A stretch of DNA of 64,000 nucleotides from Elusimicrobia bacterium GWD2_63_28 (GTDB taxonomy: Bacteria > Elusimicrobiota > Elusimicrobia > Elusimicrobiales > UBA9959): the NCBI GenBank assembly GCA_001799895.1, contig MGUI01000004.1, forward strand, positions 20,961 to 84,960, written 5' to 3'. Positions 1-9,852 of this stretch are shown in pieces (position 1 is the first letter of the stretch; each line of letters opens with the position of its first letter). A program made the position numbers and the translations under genes. The notes beneath the pieces were generated by a model. That model did no database searches. It had not been told where the DNA came from and worked only from the letters and a program-made list of their open reading frames with translations.

Positions 1-1901
1 ATCGCAGATTGGGGATGTTTCCCAACTCCACCTCGATATTTAACCGGATGGGTATTCCCGCCCGTAATTAATATCCGTTCATATACATCGTCAGCTCTAT
101 GCTTGAGCATATTTCGATACATATCTGGACGTTCAGAAGATGTAAGAACATTTTTTGAGGAATTGGGAACCTTCGCGCGTATCCTATTGATACACTTGGC
201 AACCACAGACGCAAGTTTTGAGTCGAATGTGTTCTGAGTGCCTAGCCACCGCACAAAAGCCTGATCAACTGTGCTCATTGTTGTTTTTGCTAATGGGTCG
301 ATTGAATTGAGATGCGGCAACGTTGTTTTTAGGTTCGACAACCACCCCGACTGTTTGGACAGAGGGATATTCGCGAGTCCTTTGTGCTGTGCGAGCAAAA
401 GTTTTAGTTGTTGCAGCGCTGTCCCTAAAGTATCTATTTCAGATGAACTATAACTAAGGGACTCCAGTTGACGCCGGATATCACTTAATTCGGACTTTTC
501 ATAATCCCCATTGGTGAGTGCCTTCACAATTACATTCAGCATCTGGCATTTTATCTCAAAGACAACAGGATAGATCCCAGAGTCTTCACAAACGACGCCT
601 CGCAATCTTCCGCTCTCCTTTCTCATATCAAGAAGAAGGATTCTAGAGAGTTGCAGTGCGGACTGGAAATCTTTTAACTCGGAGATTAGCCAAACCTTTT
701 CTTCCAGATCGATAGCCTTTAAAATTGCGGATACACCTGGGATGTCAGCATTTGCCGGAAGTATCCGCCACGCCCCTAGAATAGCTTCGCGCGCCTTGGC
801 ATAGTCATTCTCTGCCCAATAGCCAAGCCCGTTTGTAAGCGCGGCGATAATGCTAAACCAATATACGACAGGATTCCCTTTTTCCGGAAGTCTCCGAAGA
901 TAGACATCAAGAAGTGCCTCATAATACTCGTGCGCGTGTCGGTACTGTCTGTCACGGAACTGTTCATTAGCATTTTCCCACAAAAGAAGCGCGGACTGCG
1001 TGGCGAAGTTATCTTCAGACTCAAGGGCTGCCTTTTTAAGCCATGAAGCGGCATCAGCGTGTTTCCCCATATTCTGACAACGTCTAGATTTACACCAGTA
1101 CGAGTATATTTCATCGGAGGATCTTGTAACCCCAGGGGCATTGTAATTACCTTTGAATTCGAAGACCCTTGGATGAGCAATTTTGAATGAGATATTATTA
1201 GACTTCAGCGCACTACCTCTTGTGAATGGGGCACCCCACCATAACCTTGTAACCACTGAACGGAATCCGCCGCTTAACTTGATTTTGTTTCGCATTGCCA
1301 ACATGCCTGCATATTTTTCTGTTAGCAAAAATGTTTCCGACTGTTTCTTAATAGCGGCATGGAGTTTAGTATCATGAAACACTGGAAACATGACGCAGCC
1401 ATTTTTGGCTAAGAATATCCCCATGTGCAACGCTTGACATTTATTTTTACGCACCCACAAATCGCCTGAGAAGTGTCCACACGCCAGGGCTTCCGTTACA
1501 CGGGATTGTCTCTCCTTGCGATCATCCCATCTGAGACGATCTTTAAATTCAACCGAGCAAGAACCAGGAGTTAGTTTCTCCCACTCTTCTTCGGTAATAT
1601 ATCCCCCTTTGTAATGTGTATACACCCTGCATGGTAGTTGAATAACCACCTTTAGGGGGATTGTGGTGTTTCTGGGTTCGATATAATTCCCGCGCCCACG
1701 ACATGTGAGACACAGTTTTTCCCCACCCGTAAATATTTCACAATGCGGCAGACCTGGCTTGGCATGGCAGGCCGGACAATCTGCGTGAACGATTGGATAG
1801 CCATAGTTAGGACATTGGATGCCATCGGGAAGTTTTTTCGCCCCCTTACAGAACTCACACACTACTCGTTCAAATACAAGGCGCCCGTTTTCATACCGCA
1901 T
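1..1901 (-). CDS. Multi-CxxC Zn-finger / helical TPR-like protein, 3'-partial (C-terminus beyond window)
   Basis: Absent from the ORF track because it has no stop in the window. The minus-strand frame is open for 633 codons from ATG 1901..1899 down to base 3 (checked codon by codon). GAGGA lies 9 nt upstream of the ATG, which is 17 nt after the stop of the upstream gene. N-terminal motifs CEFCKG, CPACH, CLTCRGRG; the remainder is helical and repeat-like. Track ORF 776..1180 is an out-of-frame shadow. Confidence 0.65.
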   Translation of the reverse strand, partial: MRYENGRLVFERVVCEFCKGAKKLPDGIQCPNYGYPIVHADCPACHAKPGLPHCEIFTGGEKLCLTCRGRGNYIEPRNTTIPLKVVIQLPCRVYTHYKGGYITEEEWEKLTPGSCSVEFKDRLRWDDRKERQSRVTEALACGHFSGDLWVRKNKCQALHMGIFLAKNGCVMFPVFHDTKLHAAIKKQSETFLLTEKYAGMLAMRNKIKLSGGFRSVVTRLWWGAPFTRGSALKSNNISFKIAHPRVFEFKGNYNAPGVTRSSDEIYSYWCKSRRCQNMGKHADAASWLKKAALESEDNFATQSALLLWENANEQFRDRQYRHAHEYYEALLDVYLRRLPEKGNPVVYWFSIIAALTNGLGYWAENDYAKAREAILGAWRILPANADIPGVSAILKAIDLEEKVWLISELKDFQSALQLSRILLLDMRKESGRLRGVVCEDSGIYPVVFEIKCQMLNVIVKALTNGDYEKSELSDIRRQLESLSYSSSEIDTLGTALQQLKLLLAQHKGLANIPLSKQSGWLSNLKTTLPHLNSIDPLAKTTMSTVDQAFVRWLGTQNTFDSKLASVVAKCINRIRAKVPNSSKNVLTSSERPDMYRNMLKHRADDVYERILITGGNTHPVKYRGGVGKHPQSA

Positions 1902-1918
1902 ATTGTCATGTCCTCGTG

Positions 1919-2536
1919 TCAACGGAAAGGTTGAGAAGATCGCTCGACATCATCATCAACATACACCATCCCTGCAGAGCGCCCGGGAACGCGGTATGGT
2001 TTGCCGGGATTATACCGCGGACAATCTTTTGGCCCGTAGCAATGAGTCTCAAAACGGTATTTCTTTCTGTCCGGGTTCCAGTGATCAACGATGATTTCCG
2101 TGACCATGTTCAGACCCCAAGGACATGCAGCACAATTCCTTGCCCAAGTATCTCTATCAAGCCTTCGATGCCCATTAGCACGATAAACCTCAAGGGCAGG
2201 GGCGATGCCACCATCCGGTCCAGGAGGAGCATCGTCTGGAGAAGGCCCCCGCTTATGCACCTCTAAGCCACTAATCTTATAGAATTCCCCCCATTCTGTA
2301 TTGGGGTCAGGAACTGCTTCCCCCTCGCCTGAGACCACATCCCCAATTCTGAACCTGTGTTTTTCATGGGCCTTGGGCCCAATTGCTATTTTAAAATCCC
2401 GGGCGGCATCTCCCACTTTACCAGACATCACCAAGGAGTATCCCTGGTACTGATGCGTAGGAATCTGGTCAAAGGACCGAATAAGCCGTATTCTGGCCTT
2501 GACCGAGAGGATGGTGCCTTCAAATGGGACTTTCAT
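1919..2536 (-). CDS. Hypothetical protein (beta-rich N-terminus, Cys-rich C-terminus)
   Basis: Track ORF 1919..2590 starts at a TTG overlapping the upstream gene; ATG 2536 (MKVPFEG...) is more plausible. No family recognised. C-terminal Cys residues (NCAACPWG, THCYGPKDCP). Operon position between the dynamin gene and the Zn-finger/TPR gene. Confidence 0.5.
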   Translation of the reverse strand: MKVPFEGTILSVKARIRLIRSFDQIPTHQYQGYSLVMSGKVGDAARDFKIAIGPKAHEKHRFRIGDVVSGEGEAVPDPNTEWGEFYKISGLEVHKRGPSPDDAPPGPDGGIAPALEVYRANGHRRLDRDTWARNCAACPWGLNMVTEIIVDHWNPDRKKYRFETHCYGPKDCPRYNPGKPYRVPGRSAGMVYVDDDVERSSQPFR

Positions 2537-2576
2537 TGTTATCTCACAGTATGATCTCAACCGTCGGATCTTACCG

Positions 2577-4292
2577 TTACTTATATTCAAGCAATTCCTT
2601 ACGAAGTTGACTTAATTGCTTCTTGTGCTCGGACATTCTGTTCAATTCTGACTGTTGCTGATTTACGATTACTTCACATTCAACAATCTGCGGGGCACAA
2701 TTTTTCACAAATCGTTCGTCATCAGATAAGATGTCATACACAGGCCGGAAGATGTCCTTAATTTTATTGGTGATCTCGTTACGGACCTCCTCGGTCTTCT
2801 TTTGATCAAGTATTTTCTTACAAACATCATATAAATCCCCAGCCAATCCCAACCCCCCGGCTGCTGTAGATGCACCAGAAGAAATAGCCTTGGCCAGATT
2901 TGTCGCCCCCCAAGGAGCAAACTTAATAGGCGTTTCGGATACCTTTGAGAGCATATTCCTACCAGAAAACACCAGCCCTTTCAATTTGTTGATCGGCATT
3001 TTTTCAATCACAGAAGCAGCAGTGGCACTTTTATTTATCAGAGATCTTGGCAGGCCATCAAGATACTCATTTGTGGATGACAATTGAAGAGTTACTTTTT
3101 CAGACAATTGTCGAACCACGATCTTAGCACCGTCCAAGGCGCGCCCGAAACACAACTCAATTTTCGTTTTAAGCTTATAGCCGAACTCACCTGCACTTGA
3201 TAATCCGACTTCGGACTCCAGAAAATCCCGCATTTCATTCAGATTGAGATTACGGACACTGCTAATTAAACCGGTTTCCAGATTGTTGAGTTCTTCGAAG
3301 ATGCGCTTTCGTGATGAGGCCATATCTTCTTTTGCAATTTCTATGTCACTGTTAATATTCTTTGTTCCAGCGAGCAGTTCTTTTTCCTTGATATCGCTTT
3401 GCGCTAGCTCTGTTGCCGCCAAGTCCATTTTTCGAACAACAAGCTCGCGGACAACATCTTCTCCAGTCTTTTTTGCCAGCGATTCCGATGAGGTTTCCTT
3501 CAATACTTTCTGCACCTGGGATTTAAGAATGTCCAGTCTAGAGCGTGCGTCATAAACCTCCTCATTCTTAAACCAGAAGCTATCCAACCCCTTGCCTCCT
3601 GGATTGGCAGAAACAGAAACAATAGTAATCTTTTTTAACTCGGACTCGCTTAAGCCTACAAATTCCTTTAGCTTGTTACGCAGGTTATCACTTTTAATCT
3701 TAACCTGCCGCTCATAGTCGTCAGCATCTTTAAGATTTGCGACAGCATCCATCTTATTGATAACGAAAATCGTAGTTGTCAGTTTGTTTAAATCCCGCAG
3801 CAGCCATTTCACGGTGTCCCGCTGACTTTCCTTCAAAGGATTCATCGCATCAAGGACATAAAATATGAGGTGCGCTTCTGAAAGATACTTTTTCGTTATA
3901 TCGGAGTATTTTATTGTGGAGGCATCCCCCTCCACCGCTTTTGTCTTATCGCCATACAGTCCTGGGGTGTCAATAATCTCACATTTTTCCCCTAGCTCCT
4001 CAAGATGATAAATTCCCAAAGAGTCTGTAGACTCATCGCTATCAATTTTCATCGTTTCAGGAATTTTTTTAAGCCACCCTGCAATGATGCTGGTTTTTCC
4101 GTCTGAAAACGCTCCCACGAATGCGATACGGAGAACCTCACTTTTAATGTTTTCCACGGCGCGTTCTATTTTGCCAAGATCCTCCTTAACATCCAAGCCC
4201 AGCTCCTCAATTTTAGAGATGACCTCTTTTAGCCTTAGCAATTTTGCGATTACAGAGTCTTTTCCCGACTTGAATGCCTCGAATTCTTTCAT
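2577..4292 (-). CDS. Bacterial dynamin-like GTPase (LeoA-like)
   Basis: G1 GAFSDGKTS, G3 DTPGL, G4 NKMD, a long helical stalk, and a Gly/Ala-rich hydrophobic segment near the C-terminus. Start moved to ATG 4292 (GGAGGA RBS) from track start 4355. Confidence 0.8.
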   Translation of the reverse strand: MKEFEAFKSGKDSVIAKLLRLKEVISKIEELGLDVKEDLGKIERAVENIKSEVLRIAFVGAFSDGKTSIIAGWLKKIPETMKIDSDESTDSLGIYHLEELGEKCEIIDTPGLYGDKTKAVEGDASTIKYSDITKKYLSEAHLIFYVLDAMNPLKESQRDTVKWLLRDLNKLTTTIFVINKMDAVANLKDADDYERQVKIKSDNLRNKLKEFVGLSESELKKITIVSVSANPGGKGLDSFWFKNEEVYDARSRLDILKSQVQKVLKETSSESLAKKTGEDVVRELVVRKMDLAATELAQSDIKEKELLAGTKNINSDIEIAKEDMASSRKRIFEELNNLETGLISSVRNLNLNEMRDFLESEVGLSSAGEFGYKLKTKIELCFGRALDGAKIVVRQLSEKVTLQLSSTNEYLDGLPRSLINKSATAASVIEKMPINKLKGLVFSGRNMLSKVSETPIKFAPWGATNLAKAISSGASTAAGGLGLAGDLYDVCKKILDQKKTEEVRNEITNKIKDIFRPVYDILSDDERFVKNCAPQIVECEVIVNQQQSELNRMSEHKKQLSQLRKELLEYK

Positions 4293-4335
4293 AAGTCCTC
4301 CAAAGATTCTAGAAAACCCATCGCCCCGCCACCAT

Positions 4336-5970
4336 CTATAGGGGTTGTGCGTCAATTTCAGTTATATGAGAAGACAGGGTAACGATTACTCGCTCCAGAA
4401 CAGTTTCCGCATTTTTCATTCCATCTAGTCCCGCTTGCAAGGAAGAGATAGTGTGGCACAGAACTTTATCACTCACCTCCTCCTCAATTTTCTCGACATT
4501 CACACCATTTTGCTTTCTAATTGCCAAGATATTTTTTGCAATAGCCTCTCGTGCCTGCTTTTTTAATATTTTTAAATTTTCGTCAGTGCTCACAAATATA
4601 GCCTCATAAAGGTATTTTAGAAGATGTCCGGCTGCCACAATAATTGGGAATGTCCCCCCGCTAGCGATTGTTGCGCCCAATCCCGCGGAAGCGAGCATAG
4701 TCTTTGTGAAACTGCCCCATTTATCGGACACGGTTAGTCCGGCTATCCCAACATGATTTTGTCCAGCTATGTCCAGGCTCTGGGTATTGCAGATGGCCTC
4801 CACCCTCTCGATCTCTGCCTGCAATTTTAGGATTAACGCATCCCTTTCCTCTACGAATTTATTCACCAATCTACTCGTTATTTCTGCTTGTTCTGACTCC
4901 AAAGATTTTATCTCGCGGTTGAGCGCAAGACGGAGTTTTCTTTGAATACTCTCCTCGTCTTCCCCTGTCCTATCCACAATTGTATCAGAGAGTTCTCTAA
5001 GTCTATTGTGATGCTGCTCAATGATACTACCTGTTTCCTGATTTAAAGCTATTTTGAATTTGCTGAACCTGTCTTTAAGCCTCTTCTCGCATTCATTAAC
5101 AGCTTTTCTCGCTGCAGCGCATTTACTCCGATAGTTCTCTAGATCCATTTGCAGCACATTAACATTTTCAGTTAGCAACCTTGACACTTTTCTCCTATTA
5201 CTCAAAAGGATATCTCTCTCAAAAGTGCTCAGTTTATGCGAAACCACTTCGGACAAGAGATCAATACGACTAAAATCCCGCAGCAACTCCTTCTGTGGAA
5301 ATATTTCAAGAAATCCCTTTTGATCTTTTTCAAGATACTGTTTGGTTAAATCACATGTCGAACGATTGTTTTCATTAATAGCAAGAGCACTAAACGCCAT
5401 AAGGCCTTGAACAAGTTTCGCGTCGAGAAGCACTTCTGGCCCTATAATCGCAGAAAGAACCTCTATTGTCTGATGTAGTATTTCATCCGCGTCTTTATGT
5501 GTTGCCTGCAAACTGGTGCGATCTTCAGGAAACTCATATAAATCTGCTTTGCCACGAATGTTACAGACAGGAAGAACCGATGCTTCTCTCCTAAGGTACC
5601 GTTTAATCTTTTCAGCAGTTGCCGCCTCAGGTTTTTTGTTTGCCCCATTCACATAAAAGACCAAATGAGATTTAGCAATTCCTTTCTGAATAATAGCCTC
5701 ATACCTGACCTCATCCCCTTCTATCCCAGGCAAATCAAGCAACTGAAAGGTTTTCCCTAAATGCGTAAATTCATAGGACTTCATGTCCTTGGTAAAATCC
5801 GCCTCACCTGTGCCAATAGTTCTCCCATCAATTCGATCCACAGACAATCTGGAACATTCAAGTCTCTTTTGCTCCTGCAACAAATCAGACAGCAAAACCG
5901 AGCAAAGGCGATTAAGGTCTTTTCGCCATGCCCCGGTATGTGCCTTTAGGGTCAACCCGTTAAAAATCAT
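4336..5970 (-). CDS. Dynamin-like protein lacking a P-loop (G3/G4 plus stalk part of a split GTPase; LeoB-like?)
   Basis: No Walker A. DLPGIEG (DxxG, G3-like) and RGKAD (G4-like), then ~400 aa helical stalk and a hydrophobic Gly-rich segment (ASAGLGATIASGGTFPIIVAAG). The start ATG overlaps the stop of 5967..6584 (ATGA). Confidence 0.6.
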   Translation of the reverse strand: MIFNGLTLKAHTGAWRKDLNRLCSVLLSDLLQEQKRLECSRLSVDRIDGRTIGTGEADFTKDMKSYEFTHLGKTFQLLDLPGIEGDEVRYEAIIQKGIAKSHLVFYVNGANKKPEAATAEKIKRYLRREASVLPVCNIRGKADLYEFPEDRTSLQATHKDADEILHQTIEVLSAIIGPEVLLDAKLVQGLMAFSALAINENNRSTCDLTKQYLEKDQKGFLEIFPQKELLRDFSRIDLLSEVVSHKLSTFERDILLSNRRKVSRLLTENVNVLQMDLENYRSKCAAARKAVNECEKRLKDRFSKFKIALNQETGSIIEQHHNRLRELSDTIVDRTGEDEESIQRKLRLALNREIKSLESEQAEITSRLVNKFVEERDALILKLQAEIERVEAICNTQSLDIAGQNHVGIAGLTVSDKWGSFTKTMLASAGLGATIASGGTFPIIVAAGHLLKYLYEAIFVSTDENLKILKKQAREAIAKNILAIRKQNGVNVEKIEEEVSDKVLCHTISSLQAGLDGMKNAETVLERVIVTLSSHITEIDAQPL

Positions 5971-6584
5971 TTAACGATTCCAAGCCATATGGCCAGACGC
6001 GGATTAGCAATCAACAACAGAACAGCAACAAGCAATCCAATCACTGCGCCCATGGAATACCGAAGTAACTGGCGCCCTACACCATACTCCCTCACACAAT
6101 AATCCCGTATTGTTGTTATGTTTTCAGATAGTGTTTCCAGCTCAGTCGCATAGTTTTTGTATGCTTTTCCTAAGTGCTCCATCAGTGACTCGGCATTGTC
6201 TGAGTATTTCCTTTCCAGAATCTCAAGATTGGCCTTATTTTCCGCAATAAGTCTTTGCCGTGCCTTCTCCTGAAAGATAATCCGTAAACTTTCAATAATA
6301 GTGCTCTTTCCTGCATTTGTTTCCCCGAAGAATGCGATCGTGAATTTTTCCCATTCAGAATTATTCTCAAGGAAAGAGATTTCATCATCAAATCTGTTTT
6401 TTATCGCGTGAAGTGTTTTTTTTACCCCCTCAACATGCTGCCTCGCTTCAGGGTCAGCAACTTTCACGTCTGAGATGTCCTTCAAGCCCATGTGCACAGC
6501 CTTCTGGACATCTTTGTATAGACTTGAGTAAGTCTTTACATGTTTATGGATTGAATCGTTAGAGGGCTCATGTTCGTTTTTCAT
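5967..6584 (-). CDS. P-loop NTPase fragment with coiled coil and C-terminal TM helix (G1 part of a split dynamin-like GTPase; LeoC-like?)
   Basis: Walker A FFGETNAGKST, a coiled-coil stretch, and a C-terminal hydrophobic helix AVIGLLVAVLLLIANPRLAIWLGIV. Translationally coupled to 4336..5970. Confidence 0.6.
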   Translation of the reverse strand: MKNEHEPSNDSIHKHVKTYSSLYKDVQKAVHMGLKDISDVKVADPEARQHVEGVKKTLHAIKNRFDDEISFLENNSEWEKFTIAFFGETNAGKSTIIESLRIIFQEKARQRLIAENKANLEILERKYSDNAESLMEHLGKAYKNYATELETLSENITTIRDYCVREYGVGRQLLRYSMGAVIGLLVAVLLLIANPRLAIWLGIVK

Positions 6585-6639
6585 AGATTCAGCTTTTCTG
6601 TGTCGTTCCGAAGTAGTTCATATGAGAGTGACGCTAGGT

Positions 6640-7557
6640 TTATTTTGAATACATCTTATTCAGTTCCCGTACCCAATCTGCAAAACTCTCCTGCTCCAAC
6701 AGGTACTCTTTCCACTTAAGCGGTTTAAATGTCGTTACCCCGTCCCATCTCCCATTATGCGTTGAGTGCAGCATCCAAATAAACTCAATTGTATCATTGT
6801 CTAGCTGAACAGTAGCCCTAATTGGCTTTATTGTTTTATATATCCCGGAAGTGTCTCCCTCAGGTCTGTTTTTATCCACATCGACATCCCGCTCCGTGCT
6901 GCTAAATCTTACAGTGACTTTCCCGTCTAGCTGAGCTGCTATTGCAAGATACCCTGCAGACTCCACACCATTACAGACACATAAGGTCGGTCTTAAAATT
7001 CTAGCAGCGGCGAACCAAGTGCGCCAGCCGTTGGCATAATCGTTCTCCTGCCTTTTTGTTTTAGTGGGCCGAGCGGCGCTGCTCTGCATACAACGCTGAC
7101 AGATGTTCATATAAACTGCGTTGGCAAACACAAAGTCCTTTACAGCTTGATCTTCTGCTGAGCCCGACAGGATTGGGTTAATCGCCTCGAAAAACTTCGG
7201 GTAAGGCCGCGGGATATATTCATTTGTGATAAATTCAGCTAATCCAACACAACCGTAGTCATAATAGTCCCAGTTGTCGTTCGACTTAAAATACGATTCG
7301 GCTATAAAGCATGCACGATTTCTTAATCCCCCAGGATAGTTCCGCCCAATCCAGGGGAGATAACTAAACTTCCCAGCTTTCGGATTATCTCTCGGGGAAG
7401 CACTATCGGGCAACAACAGTGGCTCTTCGCCAGTTCCTTGGCGAACGAATTTTTGCAGCTCATTATAATTCAGATGCGTTTCCACATAGGCTTTAACCTT
7501 TTCATTCTTATATCCAGGAGAATCCAGCAAGCTTTTGTTAATTGAGATTCTTGTCAT
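6640..7557 (-). CDS. Hypothetical protein
   Basis: Track ORF 6640..7584 starts at GTG inside the upstream gene. ATG 7557 lies 1 nt after the upstream stop (TAAtATG). No confident family; a UDG-like-fold resemblance (ACFIAESYF, NAVYMNICQRC) is only an impression. Confidence 0.45.
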   Translation of the reverse strand: MTRISINKSLLDSPGYKNEKVKAYVETHLNYNELQKFVRQGTGEEPLLLPDSASPRDNPKAGKFSYLPWIGRNYPGGLRNRACFIAESYFKSNDNWDYYDYGCVGLAEFITNEYIPRPYPKFFEAINPILSGSAEDQAVKDFVFANAVYMNICQRCMQSSAARPTKTKRQENDYANGWRTWFAAARILRPTLCVCNGVESAGYLAIAAQLDGKVTVRFSSTERDVDVDKNRPEGDTSGIYKTIKPIRATVQLDNDTIEFIWMLHSTHNGRWDGVTTFKPLKWKEYLLEQESFADWVRELNKMYSK

Positions 7558-7558
7558 A

Positions 7559-8509
7559 TTAGTTGAGGCAGAATTTCTTTGCACCTTTCATAATTTCGTC
7601 TGAAATAACCGGCCGAAAAAAATGGGATTCCTGTGCCCTAATGGCGCTGTAGACTATCCAATCCTGCATGGCCTTGGTGGGGTTGCCAAGGTTCTTATGG
7701 CATTTATAGCGGCTTAAATAGGCCTCGGCGAATAGCGGGGAGACCTTGATCGCACTGTCTAGGTCGGACAGCTCGCTCTCATAGTCTTCCAAAGCGGCAT
7801 AAATCTCGCTTCGGGAGAGGAATGACCGGGCATGCTTGGGGTCGAGGCGTATCGCCTCGGTCAGATCGCTTAACGCCGATTTAACAGAGCAATGCATACA
7901 ACCGAAGTCCAACACGCTCTCCGCTCTGTAAGCATAATACTTCGCGCAGGGCTTGAGCCCGATTGCGGTGTCCAGGTCGCCCAACGCCTTGTCATGCTCG
8001 CCGAGGGCATCATAAACGGTAGCCCTCTCAAAAAGTGCCTCGGCATTGTCGGGCTCCAGCTCGATGACATCATTAAGGATCTTCAGGGCATTATCCCAGT
8101 TCTCAAGACGGATGTGCGCCATCGCCTGGTTATAATAGGGACTAACGTCTTTTGAATCGAGCTTGCGCGCAATCCCGTACGCTTCTATGGCTTCATGGTA
8201 TTGCTCCATTTCAAAGTAGATCCAGCCGAGACCATGATGCGCTTCCATATATTTGGGATCTATCTGTATTGCCAACTTTACATCCTCAAGAGCAAGCTTC
8301 AAGAGCGCCAAGGCAGCATCATCCAGAGGCGTATCTTCCCCCCTGCGAGCCATCGCTTTGCGGCAATAGGCTTCCGACCTGGAACAATAGGCCCGGGCCG
8401 CGGTAGAATCGTTCGCTATAGCTTCAGACAAACACTTAATGGCCGGCTCAAATACCTCCTCCATGAGGTACGCTTCCCCTTTCTGTATAAGCATAGCCGT
8501 ATTAGTCAT
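7559..8509 (-). CDS. TPR repeat protein
   Basis: Repeated 34-aa A..Y..RG.AY...G.Y..A..D...AI.L.P pattern throughout; GGAGG RBS before ATG 8509. Confidence 0.8.
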   Translation of the reverse strand: MTNTAMLIQKGEAYLMEEVFEPAIKCLSEAIANDSTAARAYCSRSEAYCRKAMARRGEDTPLDDAALALLKLALEDVKLAIQIDPKYMEAHHGLGWIYFEMEQYHEAIEAYGIARKLDSKDVSPYYNQAMAHIRLENWDNALKILNDVIELEPDNAEALFERATVYDALGEHDKALGDLDTAIGLKPCAKYYAYRAESVLDFGCMHCSVKSALSDLTEAIRLDPKHARSFLSRSEIYAALEDYESELSDLDSAIKVSPLFAEAYLSRYKCHKNLGNPTKAMQDWIVYSAIRAQESHFFRPVISDEIMKGAKKFCLN

Positions 8510-8537
8510 AGTTGCCTCCGCTCATAAGCGGACCATG

Positions 8538-9827
8538 CTACTCCTCGCTTACGATATCAGGGTCCAGCTTTAAGGCTTTGGCCGCATCAGCCTTAGCCAA
8601 GGGATATCTCCCCATATCCTGATATATCGCCCCGCGGTTGTAGTAGGCAAAAGCGCATTTGGGGTCCACCTTTATGGCCGAGGAATAGTCCGCCAGTGCA
8701 GCTGTATAATTCTCCATATCCGAGTAGACCTGAGCCCTGTTGCAGTAAAGTTCGGTCGAGGGTGGCTCCCACCTCATTGCCTGGGTAAAGTCCTGCAGGG
8801 CAGCTTCCAGGGCCCCTAGGGCGACATTAGCCATCCCACGGCCACAATACCCCAAACCACGCTCTGGATCGAGCTGGATGGCCTTATTGAAGTCGTTTAA
8901 GGCCTGCTTCGGCTTGCCGGCATGCAAATAAGCCAAACCGCGGTTATGGAGGTACAGGGGATTATTAGGGCTAAGACGGATGGCGGCATTAAAAAAGTGA
9001 ATGGCCTCCTTCAGCCCATCCTTGATCCCGCACATCAAAAGGGCGAAGTTGTTGTAGACGCCGCTGTCGGCAGGACTAAGCCGCATAGCCTTTGCGAAGT
9101 CGGCGTGAGCCTTCAGTAGGTCACCCTTCTCCTGGTAGAGCATTGCCCGGTTATTGTAAGCAAAACCGCTTTTGGGCTCTAACCTGATTATCTTGTCATA
9201 CTGCTCTATAGCCTTATCCGGTAGTTGCATAGCCTGATACGTCTGGCCGAGGCTCCCGAAGATATCGGTAGACTTCGGGTCAAGTTTTAAAGCCCGCTGA
9301 AAGTCCTTAAGCGCCCTATCGACATCTCCCATTTCAAAGAACACCCAGCCGCGGTTAAGATATGCGGCTGAATTTTTAGAGTCCAGCGTTATAGACCGAT
9401 TCAGGTCTTTCAAGGCGGATTTCAGATCCCCGCGCTCAACATAAGCCTGGCCGCGGTTGCTGTAGGTGCAGGAAGACTTGGGCTCCAGTTTAAGGGCCCG
9501 CTCGTAATCAGCGAACGCCTTGGAGAATTTACCCATTTCGGCATAGGCATCACCGCGATTGCTATGGAGGATGGCATTGTCCGGCTGAAGGCGAAGCCCA
9601 TGGTTGAAATCTGCGAGAGCTTTTTCCGGCATGCCGGCATCCAGGTAGGCGCAGCCACGGTCGCTATAAAGGCTGTAATCCCCCTTATCCGTCTTGATTG
9701 CTTTGGTGTAGCTGCGGATGGCCTTCTTAAAGGCCTTCTGGCTCATATGCCGCTCGGCGCGATAGCGGCAGAATACTCCGAGGACATAGTTCTTAAGACC
9801 GAAAAGCACTTTTTGAGTTTTGATCAT
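8538..9827 (-). CDS. TPR repeat protein (about 11 repeats)
   Basis: Highly regular TPR units (e.g. YSNRGQAYVERGDLKSALKDLNRSITLDSKNSAAYLNRG). Confidence 0.85.
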   Translation of the reverse strand: MIKTQKVLFGLKNYVLGVFCRYRAERHMSQKAFKKAIRSYTKAIKTDKGDYSLYSDRGCAYLDAGMPEKALADFNHGLRLQPDNAILHSNRGDAYAEMGKFSKAFADYERALKLEPKSSCTYSNRGQAYVERGDLKSALKDLNRSITLDSKNSAAYLNRGWVFFEMGDVDRALKDFQRALKLDPKSTDIFGSLGQTYQAMQLPDKAIEQYDKIIRLEPKSGFAYNNRAMLYQEKGDLLKAHADFAKAMRLSPADSGVYNNFALLMCGIKDGLKEAIHFFNAAIRLSPNNPLYLHNRGLAYLHAGKPKQALNDFNKAIQLDPERGLGYCGRGMANVALGALEAALQDFTQAMRWEPPSTELYCNRAQVYSDMENYTAALADYSSAIKVDPKCAFAYYNRGAIYQDMGRYPLAKADAAKALKLDPDIVSEE

Positions 9828-9852
9828 AACCCCACCATTCTGGAGATGAATC

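Noticed and set aside
776-1180. 134-aa minus-strand track ORF, plus 271..453, 1183..1377 and 1652..1858
   Set aside because: All lie out of frame inside the 633-codon open frame 1..1901 (-). Their sequences are low-complexity and unprotein-like.
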